In this document: positions 28,886 to 39,325 of the stretch, piece by piece
Layout of the letters: the number at the start of each line of letters is the position of its first letter
Numbering within the stretch: position 1 is the first letter of the stretch
Sequence record: DRR378314_1973
Direction: 5' to 3' (one strand)
Length of the DNA: 52,911 nucleotides
Position numbers and translations under genes: made by a program
Notes under the pieces: model-generated
Seen by the model: the letters and a program-made list of their open reading frames with translations, nothing else
Databases searched by the model: none
What the model was told of the DNA's origin: nothing

Positions 28886-30736
28886 CTATCGCGGTTGAAG
28901 GCAGAGTGCACAGTAAGAGTAAACATTTTTAGGATCATTAAAGTTTTGTAAAACCGCAGTTTCAGATTTCACTTTATTAAGTGTACCCATTAACCAGTGT
29001 TGAGCCTCACCACCAACAGATGGAACAGGGAGGTACTCTGAAGAGCTGTTAAACATGTTGGCAAAAAATTGCTCTTTCGATGACAACTCTTGTTGAACAA
29101 TTTTTACATCGTAATCATCAATGGCTGCCAGCTCAGCGGCCGCCGCTACTGAGTCGTCAAAGTCTCCAAGTTGGTCAACTAATCCACGCTCCATTGCTTG
29201 TTTACCCGTCCAGATGCGGCCCTGAGCAACTTCATGCACATCGTCGCGGGACATGTTGCGAGCTTTGCTGACAATAGTCAAAAAGTCTTCATAGGTGGCT
29301 TCAACCGAGCTTTGCACCAATTTCTTTTGGTACTCAGTCATTTCTTCCAGTGGATTTAAACCTTGTATCTCAGTCGTACTGACAGTATCGCTATGAACGC
29401 CAATAGCAGCCAGACTGTCTTCTAAAGTCATTAACAGGCCAAAGACACCAATTGAACCGGTAATGGTAGTTGGTGCGGCCACAATTTTATCGGCATCTGC
29501 TGCGATCCAGTAACCACCAGATGCTGCCACGGTGCTCATTGATGCCACAACCGGAATACCGGCTTCTTTTGCCTGGAGAATTTCCTGACGGATAATTTCA
29601 GAGGCAAAGGCACTTCCGCCGGGGCTGTCTATGCGCAGCACAATCGCTTTCGTCTGCTTGTTATTGCGTGCTTCACGAATCAGTTTTGCGGTGCTGTCAC
29701 CACCAATCATACCGGCTTTTTGAGAACCGTTAACGATTTGCCCACGAGCAACAACAACCGCGATCTGGCTACGATCTGTCGGTTGCAGGCTTTCCGGGAC
29801 TTCCATTTCAGTCGCCAGATAGTTGTCGTAGGTAATATGACGGAAGGTATCTTCTTCTTTGTCGTATCCGGCTAAATTGATGAGCTCGTTACGAACTTCG
29901 GTACGTGTACGCAGCGCATCAACCATGTTTGTTTCTAGCGCCATTTTGGCCATATCGCCATTGGCACTGTTAAAGGCCGACATGTAATCATCAACTTTAC
30001 CACTGGTAACCAACGGATTAATGTTACGGGCTGCTGTCACATCGGTGCGGAAGCTATCCCACAAAGCTGAATAAAGAAACTCATTGGCTTCACGTGCTTC
30101 ATCAGACATGTCGTTACGAATAAAAGGTTCAACAGCCGCTTTAAATTTACCGACCTTAAAGACTTGAGGCTGAACTTTAAGCTTGTCGAGTAAGTCCTTA
30201 AAGTAAAGTTGAGTGTAATCAAGCCCTTCAAATACAACTCCGCCCATTGGGTTTAGGTAAAGCTGATCTGCATGCGCTGCAAGATAATACTGATGCTGAT
30301 CATAGTAATCAGCATTACTGATAATGGGTTTACCAGAGGTACGGAAATCGTCAAGAGCCTCGGCAACTGCCTGTAACTTATTGAGTCCGCTTGGGTACAA
30401 GTTTTGTAAGTTTAAATACAGTGCGCCTATACGTTCGTCTGTTTTGGCTTTCTCAATTGAGTCGACCACATCAGATAACAGAACTTCGGGGATATCATCA
30501 CTGCTTCCCATAGCTTCATTCAGGAATTGACTAAAAGGATCAACCCAGGTCTTCTCTTCAACCAGCATGCCATTAGGGTTAAGAACCAGAATGCCATTCT
30601 CCGGTACTTCGATAGGATCCTCTCCGCTAAATAGACTAACGAGAAAAACCGCGAGGATTAAAAAGAATACAAGGTTCAAAATGACCTTGCGCGTACCGTT
30701 GATTATTTTCCACAAATAACTGAAGATTGAGCGCAT
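28886..30736 (-). CDS. sppA: Signal peptide peptidase SppA (67K type)
   Basis: VGKFKAAVEPF, LRIDSPGGS, AASGGYWI, TGSIGVFG, AQGRIWTG. Confidence 0.95.
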   Translation of the reverse strand: MRSIFSYLWKIINGTRKVILNLVFFLILAVFLVSLFSGEDPIEVPENGILVLNPNGMLVEEKTWVDPFSQFLNEAMGSSDDIPEVLLSDVVDSIEKAKTDERIGALYLNLQNLYPSGLNKLQAVAEALDDFRTSGKPIISNADYYDQHQYYLAAHADQLYLNPMGGVVFEGLDYTQLYFKDLLDKLKVQPQVFKVGKFKAAVEPFIRNDMSDEAREANEFLYSALWDSFRTDVTAARNINPLVTSGKVDDYMSAFNSANGDMAKMALETNMVDALRTRTEVRNELINLAGYDKEEDTFRHITYDNYLATEMEVPESLQPTDRSQIAVVVARGQIVNGSQKAGMIGGDSTAKLIREARNNKQTKAIVLRIDSPGGSAFASEIIRQEILQAKEAGIPVVASMSTVAASGGYWIAADADKIVAAPTTITGSIGVFGLLMTLEDSLAAIGVHSDTVSTTEIQGLNPLEEMTEYQKKLVQSSVEATYEDFLTIVSKARNMSRDDVHEVAQGRIWTGKQAMERGLVDQLGDFDDSVAAAAELAAIDDYDVKIVQQELSSKEQFFANMFNSSSEYLPVPSVGGEAQHWLMGTLNKVKSETAVLQNFNDPKNVYSYCALCLQPR

Positions 30737-30844
30737 ATTTAAATTCTCATTAGCTAATAAAAACAGGCCTTAGCATATCGAATGTGCGAGTAACAGACCA
30801 GTCAGAGAATGTAACTAACCATTACACATTGAATAAGGTGAAGT

Positions 30845-31411
30845 ATGAATGCCGAAGAGTTATTAACCAGCCGTTCCTCCATGCCGCGTTTGAGTGAACC
30901 CGGTCCTACTATAGAGCAACTGGAGTTAATTAAGGCCGCAGCTGTTCGTGCGCCTGATCATATGGGACTAACGCCATATCAGTTTATTCAGTTTCAGGGA
31001 AAAGAGAGGCAGGTTCTGGCGGATATCTACCAGCAGGCTGCGCGTCTTAGCGACTTTTCAGAAACGGTCATAGAGCAGGCTGGGCAGCTGCCATTTCGGG
31101 CCCCAATGATAATTGTTTCTTGTCTGCGTTTTCAGGAGCACCCGAAAGTCCCCCGTGATGAGCAACTGTGTACGGTTGCCTGTGCCACTCACGGCATGCA
31201 GCAAGCGGCCTTTGCACAAGGTATAGGTGCTATTTGGCGTACCGGATGGATGGCCGAGGACGACTTTATCAAGGAGCAGTTGGGATTGTCTGTGGACGAC
31301 GCCATTGTCGGCTTTCTGTACGTAGGGACACCTGCAGTCCCTACGCCAATAAAGCCTCAGAAAGATTCATCACCGTTTTTTATGAACGGTAGTGACTTAG
31401 TGCTGGATTAA
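30845..31411 (+). CDS. ydjA: NAD(P)H nitroreductase, YdjA family
   Basis: [34 protein letters not shown]. Divergent from sppA as in E. coli. Confidence 0.88.
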   Translation: MNAEELLTSRSSMPRLSEPGPTIEQLELIKAAAVRAPDHMGLTPYQFIQFQGKERQVLADIYQQAARLSDFSETVIEQAGQLPFRAPMIIVSCLRFQEHPKVPRDEQLCTVACATHGMQQAAFAQGIGAIWRTGWMAEDDFIKEQLGLSVDDAIVGFLYVGTPAVPTPIKPQKDSSPFFMNGSDLVLD

Positions 31412-32808
31412 AATTCGGCACTTTTCGGAGCTCGTGGGAAAGGTATAACGTCGCGAATATTTTGTACGCCGGTGACATAAGCCACTAATCGCTCAAAACC
31501 GAGGCCAAAACCGGCGTGAGGAACGGTACCGTAACGACGCAAATCGCGGTAGAAGCCGTATTCTTCTTTTGGCAGGTTCATTTCGTCAATTCGCTGGTCA
31601 AGAATGTCTAAACGTTCTTCACGGGCGGAACCACCGATAATTTCCCCAATACCCGGCGCTAAAACGTCCATAGCGGCAACGGTTTTGCCATCTTCGTTCT
31701 GGCGCATGTAAAAGGCTTTAATATCGCGCGGATAGTTTTTCAGAATAATTGGTGCGCCGACATGTTCTTCAGCTAAATAACGCTCGTGCTCTGATTGTAA
31801 ATCCACACCCCATTCAACCGCGTATTCGAATTTTCTATCGCAGTTCTTCAGTATCTCAATGGCGTCGGTGTAATCCATGTGCACAAAGTCATTATTTACA
31901 ATGGCTTCTAAACGGCTGATAGCGTCAGAGTTAATGCGTTCGGCAAAGAACGCCATGTCGTCCGGGCGCTCTTCCAGAACGGCTTTAAACACATACTTAA
32001 GCATGGCTTCGGCTAAGCCGGCAACATCATCTAAAGTGGCAAACGCCAGCTCGGGTTCTACCATCCAGAATTCAGACAAGTGACGGCTGGTGTTCGAGTT
32101 TTCAGCACGGAAGGTTGGGCCGAATGTATAAACTTTAGATAAAGAGCAAGCGTAAGACTCTACGTTCAGCTGACCCGACACCGTTAAAAACGCTTCTTTG
32201 CCGAAAAAGTCTTCAGAGTAGTCGACTTCGCCTTTATCTGTTTTCGGGATATTCAGCATGTCCAGTGTTGAAACACGGAACATCTCACCGGCACCTTCAC
32301 AATCGGAAGTCGTTATGATTGGTGTACTCACCCACAAATAACCTTCCTCATGGAAGAAGCGATGAATAGCCTGAGATAACGCATTACGAACACGCATGAC
32401 TGCACCGGTAATGTTGGTACGCGGACGCAAATGCGCGTATTCACGTAAGTATTCCATGCTATGACGTTTAGGAGCCATAGGGTAGGTATCGGGATCTTCC
32501 ACCCAGCCGTATACATGAACCTTAGTTGCCTGCAGCTCAAATGACTGACCTTTGCCCTGAGAAGGGACAACAACACCGGTAATAGCTACAGAACAACCGG
32601 TCGTCAGTTTCTGCACTTCATTACTGTAATTGGGAAGTTCTGCCGGAACCACGGCCTGAATGGCATCAAAGCATGAGCCATCGTGCAAGTTAATAAATGA
32701 AATACCGGCTTTCGAGTCACGGCGGGTGCGTACCCAGCCCCGGACTGTGACGGTCTCATCGACAGCGACTTTTCCCGTCAGAACATCCACTACAGAAGCA
32801 TACGACAT
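31408..32808 (-). CDS. asnS: Asparagine--tRNA ligase
   Basis: [49 protein letters not shown]. Confidence 0.97.
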   Translation of the reverse strand: MSYASVVDVLTGKVAVDETVTVRGWVRTRRDSKAGISFINLHDGSCFDAIQAVVPAELPNYSNEVQKLTTGCSVAITGVVVPSQGKGQSFELQATKVHVYGWVEDPDTYPMAPKRHSMEYLREYAHLRPRTNITGAVMRVRNALSQAIHRFFHEEGYLWVSTPIITTSDCEGAGEMFRVSTLDMLNIPKTDKGEVDYSEDFFGKEAFLTVSGQLNVESYACSLSKVYTFGPTFRAENSNTSRHLSEFWMVEPELAFATLDDVAGLAEAMLKYVFKAVLEERPDDMAFFAERINSDAISRLEAIVNNDFVHMDYTDAIEILKNCDRKFEYAVEWGVDLQSEHERYLAEEHVGAPIILKNYPRDIKAFYMRQNEDGKTVAAMDVLAPGIGEIIGGSAREERLDILDQRIDEMNLPKEEYGFYRDLRRYGTVPHAGFGLGFERLVAYVTGVQNIRDVIPFPRAPKSAEF

Positions 32809-32915
32809 GAGTTGGTTTTCTCCGAAATTTACACTATTTTGCTATAGAAAGGTTGCTATGTTACCGCGCTTTGGCGCAGACTCAAGTATAACCCCTGATA
32901 ACCGAGAGAAAAATT

Positions 32916-33275
32916 ATGAAAAGGGGATCCTTAGCGGATTTAAAGCAGGTACCATTTTGGTCCCGTGTTCTGGGATGGCTGTCTATTTTCGGCTGGTTTA
33001 TCTTTGTCGTTGCCGCTATCGTTTTCAATTATGCAAAACCTGAGCGCGATACCATTTTGACTGAAATTTTTGGTATTCCTGTTCGCGAAGACTGGCTCAT
33101 CACATTAGGTGACTTATTCGTTATTCTTTTAGTTATTGGCCTTTGTGTGAGTCTGCTCAGCTTTGTTCTTAATTATGTTCTTTTCCGCAAGGACAAACAG
33201 CATTTGTGGATCAATATCCTGATACTGATCATGAGTTGTTTGGGTGGCTTGTCGGTTTATTTCTTTGGTTATTAA
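32916..33275 (+). CDS. Hypothetical membrane protein (3 predicted TM segments)
   Basis: 119-aa ORF that fills the asnS-bioA gap and has three hydrophobic stretches. Confidence 0.7.
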   Translation: MKRGSLADLKQVPFWSRVLGWLSIFGWFIFVVAAIVFNYAKPERDTILTEIFGIPVREDWLITLGDLFVILLVIGLCVSLLSFVLNYVLFRKDKQHLWINILILIMSCLGGLSVYFFGY

Positions 33276-34567
33276 GCTTTAATAGAGCTCTGAGTTTCAA
33301 CGTAGTCTTTCATGGCAACGGTTAAACGGCTGAGCTCGTTCGTAGAAATAACATAAGGCGGCATAATATAAAGTAAGCGTCCGAACGGGCGTATCCATAC
33401 CCCTAATTCAATAAAACGCTTCTGCGCAATGGCAACATCAATGGGGTGGTGCATTTCTAATACGCCAATAGCCCCAAAAACTCGTGCGTCTTTTACTGCA
33501 TCACATTCAGCCAGGGGAAGAAGTTGCTGCTTTAACTGAGCTTCAATTTCAGCAACCTGTTGCTGCCACTTACCCTCAGCAATAATCGCCAGTGACTCAG
33601 CTGCAACCGCGCAGGCTAAAGGATTCCCCATAAAAGTAGGGCCGTGCATTAATGCGCCTCCGCCGGGGCCGTGACCAATGGTTTCTGCTACCTGTTTCGT
33701 GGTTAGCGTGGCTGCCAGCGTCATGTAACCACCGGTCAGAGCTTTACCAACGCAGAGAACATCAGGCGTAATTCCAGCGTGTTCACAGGCGAATAACTTG
33801 CCGGTACGACCAAACCCTGTTGCAATTTCATCCGCTATCAGTAATACGTCAAAATCGTCGCAAAGCTGGCGTATTAGCCTTAGGTATTCAGGGTGATAAA
33901 AACGCATGCCACCGGCTCCCTGAACAACAGGTTCAAGAATAACCGCCGCCAACTCATGGTGGTGTTGCTCGAACCAGTGTCTGAGTTCGTCACCAGCCGT
34001 CTCTGCCCAGTCATCGTCCGGGGTTAGTCTGGGGGCTTCAGCAAAAAGCTGGGAGTTAATAGCTCTGTTAAAAAGATGGTGCATGCCGTTGACCGGGTCG
34101 CAAACCGACATCGCTTTAAACGTGTCGCCGTGGTAGCCGCCTTTTATGGTTAGTAGTCGGTGCTTCTCCGGACGTTCTTGCGCCAGCCAGAACTGCAAGG
34201 CCATTTTTATGGCAACTTCAACGCTGACAGAGCCTGAATCGGCAATAAATACTCGTTGTAGAGGCTCAGGAGTCAGTTCAATAAGACGTCGAGCAAGATC
34301 AATCGCGGGTTGATGCGTGATACCGCCAAACATAACGTGGCTCATTTTATCTATCTGACGGTGAGCAACGGCATCTAAGCGTGGATTGCGGTATCCGTGA
34401 ATAACAGCCCACCAGGAAGACATGCCATCAACCACCTCATGGCCGGTATCCAGAGTTAATCTGCAACCTTTTGCTGACTCAACTTTATAAGCAGGTAAGG
34501 GGTTCAGCATAGAGGTATATGGGTGCCAAATGTGCTGTCGATCAAACTCAATATCGCTTTTGCTCAT
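33272..34567 (-). CDS. bioA: Adenosylmethionine-8-amino-7-oxononanoate aminotransferase
   Basis: IWHPYTSM, DGMSSWW, DSGSVSVE, YHGDT, ADEIATGFGRTG, GKALTGG. Confidence 0.96.
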   Translation of the reverse strand: MSKSDIEFDRQHIWHPYTSMLNPLPAYKVESAKGCRLTLDTGHEVVDGMSSWWAVIHGYRNPRLDAVAHRQIDKMSHVMFGGITHQPAIDLARRLIELTPEPLQRVFIADSGSVSVEVAIKMALQFWLAQERPEKHRLLTIKGGYHGDTFKAMSVCDPVNGMHHLFNRAINSQLFAEAPRLTPDDDWAETAGDELRHWFEQHHHELAAVILEPVVQGAGGMRFYHPEYLRLIRQLCDDFDVLLIADEIATGFGRTGKLFACEHAGITPDVLCVGKALTGGYMTLAATLTTKQVAETIGHGPGGGALMHGPTFMGNPLACAVAAESLAIIAEGKWQQQVAEIEAQLKQQLLPLAECDAVKDARVFGAIGVLEMHHPIDVAIAQKRFIELGVWIRPFGRLLYIMPPYVISTNELSRLTVAMKDYVETQSSIKA

Positions 34568-34578
34568 AAATTAAACTA

Positions 34579-34632
34579 TTGTAAAGTATTAAACTGAAAG
34601 TATATTGACAGTGTATCGAGCTGGATTATTCT
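34579..34632 (+). promoter_or_regulatory. Candidate BirA operator overlapping the bioB promoter
   Basis: TTGTAAA-N19-TTGACA between divergent bioA and bioB, similar to the bioO half-sites TGTAAA/TTTACA. TTGACA (34605-34610) is also a perfect -35, with TATTCT 16 nt downstream. Confidence 0.6.
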
Positions 34633-34668
34633 AGTCGACCATAATTTGCCAAGCACACGAGATTTACC

Positions 34669-35706
34669 ATGCCACAAATTCGTAACGACTGGACCATTGA
34701 AGAAGTTCAGAATCTTTTGCAGATGCCATTGAACGATTTAGTTTTCGAAGCACAAACAGTGCATCGTCAGCACTTTAACCCGAACGAAGTTCAGGTCAGT
34801 ACCTTGTTGTCGATTAAAACCGGTGCCTGCCCCGAAGACTGTAAGTATTGCCCGCAGAGCGCCCATTATCACACCGGGTTGGATCGCGAGCGCCTGATGG
34901 CAGTTGAAAGTGTGCTGGCTGAAGCACAGGCAGCGAAAGAGAAGGGCGCGAGCCGTTTTTGCATGGGCGCCGCCTGGCGTAATCCGAAAGACCGCGATAT
35001 GCCTTACGTCATTGAAATGATCAAAGGCGTGAAAGCATTGGGTTTGGAAAGCTGTATGACACTTGGCATGTTAAGTAATGAACAGGCAAAAATGCTGCAG
35101 CAGGCCGGCCTTGATTATTACAACCACAACCTCGATACCTCTCCGGAATTCTACGGTGACATCATTACCACCCGAACTTATCAAGATCGCCTTAATACGC
35201 TGAATAATGTGCGAGACGCAGGTATGAAAGTCTGTGCCGGAGGCATTGTTGGTATGGGCGAGAGCGTCACCGACCGAGCCTCTTTATTAGTGCAGTTGGC
35301 GAATTTGCCTAAGCACCCGGAAAGCGTACCGATTAATATGCTGGTTAAAGTAGAAGGCACGCCTTTTGCCAAACTGGAAGACTTAGATAACTTTGAATTT
35401 GTGCGTACCGTTGCCGTAGCCCGTATTTTAATGCCAGCTTCGCATGTACGTTTGTCCGCCGGCCGTGAAGACATGAACGATGAAATGCAGGCGTTGTGCT
35501 TTCTCGCCGGTGCTAACTCAATCTTCTATGGTGAAAAACTGCTGACCACAGCGAACCCTGAAGCAGATGCCGATTTACGTTTATTCGAGCGTCTGGGCAT
35601 TAAGCCTGAACAGCGCGACGGCTATGATGATGAAGTTCACACCGCGGTTATTGAAGATGCGATTAAAGAACAGCAAAACCCTGTTCGATACTACGACGCG
35701 TCATAG
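34669..35706 (+). CDS. bioB: Biotin synthase
   Basis: [11 protein letters not shown] radical SAM motif, [21 protein letters not shown]. Confidence 0.97.
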   Translation: MPQIRNDWTIEEVQNLLQMPLNDLVFEAQTVHRQHFNPNEVQVSTLLSIKTGACPEDCKYCPQSAHYHTGLDRERLMAVESVLAEAQAAKEKGASRFCMGAAWRNPKDRDMPYVIEMIKGVKALGLESCMTLGMLSNEQAKMLQQAGLDYYNHNLDTSPEFYGDIITTRTYQDRLNTLNNVRDAGMKVCAGGIVGMGESVTDRASLLVQLANLPKHPESVPINMLVKVEGTPFAKLEDLDNFEFVRTVAVARILMPASHVRLSAGREDMNDEMQALCFLAGANSIFYGEKLLTTANPEADADLRLFERLGIKPEQRDGYDDEVHTAVIEDAIKEQQNPVRYYDAS

Positions 35707-35730
35707 TAAATAATAGGCAGAGAAAATAGA

Positions 35731-36861
35731 GTGGAGAAAATCGTGTTGGGGTATGAGCAGCGGCTTAATGAGCGTAAAGACTCTTCGCTGTTTCGCTCAC
35801 GAAAGGTACGTAGCTCCGACGCTCATTGGCAATTGGATTTCAGTACCAATGATTACCTCGGCTTAAGCCAGCATCCGGATATAAAGCGTGCATTTAAGCA
35901 AGCTATTGATATCTGGGGTATTGGCAGTACTGGCTCACCGTTACTCAGCGGTTACAGTAAAGTTCATCAGGAACTGGAAGAGTTGCTGGCCGAGTGGATG
36001 AATAAACCCAGAGCTTTGCTGTTTAATTCAGGTTTCGCGGCAAATCATGGTGTGTTGACAACCCTGGTCGATAAACAACAAAAGCTGTTCGCCGACAAAC
36101 TGGTTCATGCGTCAATAATTGACGGTATGCAGCACGGTGAAGGGCGTTTTAAGCGGTTTCCGCATAATCAACCGGAACCTTTGATTGGTAAATCATCGCC
36201 CGGCGACTGGTTAGTCACTGAGGGCGTTTTCAGCATGGACGGAGACGCCTGTGATTTAAACCAGCTGGCGTCTTTAAAGCACAAGTATGATCTGAAAATT
36301 ATGCTTGACGATGCGCATGGAATAGCCGTGTATGGCGCTGAGGGTCGAGGTTCACTAGCTGTGGACTCCTCTGTTGCTGATGTCATAACCGGCACTTTTG
36401 GGAAAGCCATAGGCGTCGGTGGAGCCTTTGTTTGTGGTGGGGATGATGAAATTGAAAGTTTAATTCAGTTTTGTCGTGATTATATTTATTCCACTGCGAT
36501 GCCGCCGGCTCAGGCCGCTGCAATAAAAGCCTCTGTAGAAATTGTACGCAGCGCAGAAGGCGATGACCGCCGCGGAAGACTTGCTGAGCATATTCAGTAT
36601 TTTCGGCAACAGCTGAAACGGCGCGGTTTAAAAACGATAGAATCAAACTCCGCCATACAAACATGGTTATTTAACTCCGATGATGACGCGCTAAACATGG
36701 CAACAGAACTACAGGATCAGGGGTATTTATGCAGCGTTATTCGTCCGCCAACAGTACCTGCGGGAAGCTCCCGTATCCGTTTTAGTTTAACGTCAGAAAT
36801 GTCGACGCCCGAACTTGCTCAATTTTGGAGTCGGGTAGATAGGATTCTTAGCCAGTTATGA
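35731..36861 (+). CDS. bioF: 8-amino-7-oxononanoate synthase
   Basis: FSTNDYLGL, SGFAAN, EGVFSMDGD, DDAHG, TFGKA, IRPPTVP. Start uncertain (GTG 35731 or TTG 35746). Confidence 0.93.
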   Translation: MEKIVLGYEQRLNERKDSSLFRSRKVRSSDAHWQLDFSTNDYLGLSQHPDIKRAFKQAIDIWGIGSTGSPLLSGYSKVHQELEELLAEWMNKPRALLFNSGFAANHGVLTTLVDKQQKLFADKLVHASIIDGMQHGEGRFKRFPHNQPEPLIGKSSPGDWLVTEGVFSMDGDACDLNQLASLKHKYDLKIMLDDAHGIAVYGAEGRGSLAVDSSVADVITGTFGKAIGVGGAFVCGGDDEIESLIQFCRDYIYSTAMPPAQAAAIKASVEIVRSAEGDDRRGRLAEHIQYFRQQLKRRGLKTIESNSAIQTWLFNSDDDALNMATELQDQGYLCSVIRPPTVPAGSSRIRFSLTSEMSTPELAQFWSRVDRILSQL

Positions 36862-36871
36862 AGTCTCCGTT

Positions 36872-37639
36872 ATGAAAATAATGAATTTTCAACAGGCTGT
36901 TGCGCGGCAGTTCAATAAGGCGGCAAAAGACTATCACCAGCACGCAAGTATTCAGCGCTTAACAGCCAACCGGCTATTAAGCCTCGGGCCGGCTAATGTG
37001 AATCAGGCGCTTGACGTTGGCTGTGGTCCCGCGTCAACGACAGCAGACCTCTTACTCCGGGCAAATCATTATCTTGGTGTTGATATTGCTCCGGCTATGT
37101 TGTCTAAAGCTGCCGCTGATTATCCGGAACTGAGTTGGCTTAATGGCGAGTGGGAAGCTTTGCCAGTAGCTGACAATTCAGTCGACTGGCTTTTCGCTAA
37201 TTTGTCTATGCAATGGGTCGATAATTTGCAAAATGCGATGAGTGAAGCTTATCGAGTTTTAAAGCCGGGTGGGGTTGTAACCGTTAATACCGTTATTGAG
37301 GGCACTTTCAACTCTTTCACAAAAAGCTGGAATGAAGTGGACGATTTGCAACATACGCACCGCTTTAAATCTGCAGAGAGGGTGCAGAATGAAGTCGACT
37401 CAGTTAACTGGCGTCATTCAGAATTCGTGACAGAAGAACACACCCAGTATTTTGCCAGTGTCCGTGAACTTATAGGTAGTATTAAGGGAGTTGGTGCCAA
37501 CTATGTGAGGCGAACTGATAACGCCGGACTGATGACGCGCAACCGCTTACAGCAGTTGGAAAATGCCTTCGAAAATCATAGAACTTTGCAGGGATTGCCA
37601 CTTGAATGGTCAATTCTTAATATTAAATTAGTTAAGTAG
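36872..37639 (+). CDS. bioC: Malonyl-ACP O-methyltransferase
   Basis: VARQFNKAAKDY, LDVGCG, ANLSMQW, IKGVGAN. Position in the bio operon. Confidence 0.88.
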   Translation: MKIMNFQQAVARQFNKAAKDYHQHASIQRLTANRLLSLGPANVNQALDVGCGPASTTADLLLRANHYLGVDIAPAMLSKAAADYPELSWLNGEWEALPVADNSVDWLFANLSMQWVDNLQNAMSEAYRVLKPGGVVTVNTVIEGTFNSFTKSWNEVDDLQHTHRFKSAERVQNEVDSVNWRHSEFVTEEHTQYFASVRELIGSIKGVGANYVRRTDNAGLMTRNRLQQLENAFENHRTLQGLPLEWSILNIKLVK

Positions 37640-37657
37640 CATTGAGTTTAAGTTGAT

Positions 37658-38326
37658 ATGAACACTTATTTTATTACCGGAACAGACACTGACGCAGGAA
37701 AAACCGTTGCAGCATGTGCTTTTGTTCAATACTTAGTAAAGCAGTCGCAACAAGTTGCGGTAATGAAGCCAGTTGCATCCGGTTGTCATTGGCAAAACGG
37801 GCAGTTGGTGAATGAAGATGCACTGAATTTAATGCGTCAGTCTAATACTTCCTTTGATTACGATAGAGTTAATCCTTATACCTTTGAAGCCGCAATTGCG
37901 CCTCATATTGCGGCAGCAGACAGTGGCGTGGTCATAGACAAAGAACGCCTGTTGAAAGCGGTAGACTGGTTTCATGAGCGGCCAATAGACAGTTTAGTGA
38001 TTGAAGGTGCCGGTGGCTGGCAGTTACCTCTGGCTTCCGGACTGCGTATGCCGCAAGTGGTAAAGGAGGTTAATGCGAAAGTTGTGCTGGTGGTCGGGTT
38101 AAAACTGGGTTGCCTGAACCATGCGTTGCTTAGCCTGCAATCAATAAAGCAAGAAGGTTGCGATGTTGCAGGTTGGATTGCCGTGCAAACCGAGCCGGAG
38201 CCGATGCCGCGACAGGCCGAGAACCTGGCGTCTTTACGTGAGTTGCTGGACGAAAAAGAGCTCGCTAGTATTCCTTATTTGCCAGGCTGGACAGAGGAAG
38301 ATTTGAGCATTTATTTCCATAAGTAA
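37658..38326 (+). CDS. bioD: Dethiobiotin synthase
   Basis: FITGTDTDAGKT, KPVASG, IEGAGG, LGCLNHA. Confidence 0.95.
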   Translation: MNTYFITGTDTDAGKTVAACAFVQYLVKQSQQVAVMKPVASGCHWQNGQLVNEDALNLMRQSNTSFDYDRVNPYTFEAAIAPHIAAADSGVVIDKERLLKAVDWFHERPIDSLVIEGAGGWQLPLASGLRMPQVVKEVNAKVVLVVGLKLGCLNHALLSLQSIKQEGCDVAGWIAVQTEPEPMPRQAENLASLRELLDEKELASIPYLPGWTEEDLSIYFHK

Positions 38327-38328
38327 GA

Positions 38329-38355
38329 TTGAAATACGACTAAATACCCCCACAT
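38329..38355 (+). promoter_or_regulatory. sigma32 (RpoH) heat-shock promoter of htpX
   Basis: TTGAAA, 13 nt, CCCCACAT. Matches the sigma32 consensus upstream of a known heat-shock gene. Confidence 0.75.
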
Positions 38356-38389
38356 AACTTAGCAGACTAAGTTCCCCGGAGTACGAGCA

Positions 38390-39253
38390 ATGAAGAGAAT
38401 TTTGCTGTTTTTAGCGACTAACATGGCCATTCTGCTGGTTGTTAGCGTGGTCTTTAATATTGTGATGGCGGTAACCGGCATTGATGCACAAGGGTCAGTG
38501 GGTTTACTGGTGTTCTGTGCACTGTTTGGTTTTGGTGGTGCGTTTGTATCGCTCTGGATATCACGCTGGATGGCAATTCGTTCAACCGGAGCCAGAGTCA
38601 TAGAAAAACCACAGAACCAGTCTGAAGAATGGTTGTTCCGTACCGTTCAGCAACAGGCGCAAAAAGCAGGGGTTCCTATGCCTCAGGTCGCGGTTTATCA
38701 ATCGCCGGAGCCTAACGCTTTTGCTACCGGGCGCAGTAAAAATGCTTCATTGGTTGCGGTCAGTACCGGACTATTACAAAGCATGAATGCTGATGAAGTT
38801 GAGGCGGTTCTTGCACATGAAATGAGTCATATTGCTAATGGCGATATGGTGACGCTGACCTTAATCCAGGGCGTGATAAATACGTTTGTCATGTTTTTTG
38901 CGCGGATCATTGCCAGCGCGATAATGCGGGGTGGTGATAACCAGCGGGGCGGTGGGTTCGCCTATTATGGTGTCGTGATGTTGCTGGAAATCGTATTTGG
39001 CGTCTTAGCCAGTACCATTGTCATGTGGTTCTCTCGTCAGCGTGAGTTCAGAGCAGATGCCGGGTCCGCAGATTTAGTTGGTAAACAAAAAATGATTGCT
39101 GCTTTACGTCGCTTACAGCAAGGCAAAGAGTCGGAACTCGATGGCACTATGCTGGCGTTTGGTATTAAAGGAAAACGCTCAACTATGTCGAAATTGTTTA
39201 TGAGTCACCCGCCTTTAGAAGAACGAATTCATGCTCTTGAGCAACGGCGTTAG
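38390..39253 (+). CDS. htpX: Membrane zinc protease HtpX
   Basis: [43 protein letters not shown]. Confidence 0.96.
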   Translation: MKRILLFLATNMAILLVVSVVFNIVMAVTGIDAQGSVGLLVFCALFGFGGAFVSLWISRWMAIRSTGARVIEKPQNQSEEWLFRTVQQQAQKAGVPMPQVAVYQSPEPNAFATGRSKNASLVAVSTGLLQSMNADEVEAVLAHEMSHIANGDMVTLTLIQGVINTFVMFFARIIASAIMRGGDNQRGGGFAYYGVVMLLEIVFGVLASTIVMWFSRQREFRADAGSADLVGKQKMIAALRRLQQGKESELDGTMLAFGIKGKRSTMSKLFMSHPPLEERIHALEQRR

Positions 39254-39325
39254 TCGTTGCTTTTCAAGGGATACAGAGGTACATTCTTAACTCTTACTCA
39301 CCGATAAAGCGGATAAATTTTTGTT

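Noticed and set aside
30810..30826. TGTAA-N7-TTACA palindrome between sppA and ydjA as a TyrR box
   Set aside because: The spacing is one base shorter than TGTAAA-N6-TTTACA and the arms are short in an AT-rich region, so it cannot be told from chance.
32660..33043. 127-aa plus-strand ORF spanning the asnS start and the next gene
   Set aside because: It overlaps two better-supported genes and has no motifs.
33272..38326. No bioH in the biotin cluster
   Set aside because: bioH is commonly unlinked (as in E. coli), so its absence from this window says nothing.
38327..38389. DARS1-like DnaA-box cluster after bioD (its position in E. coli)
   Set aside because: No DnaA boxes are visible. The gap holds the sigma32 promoter of htpX.
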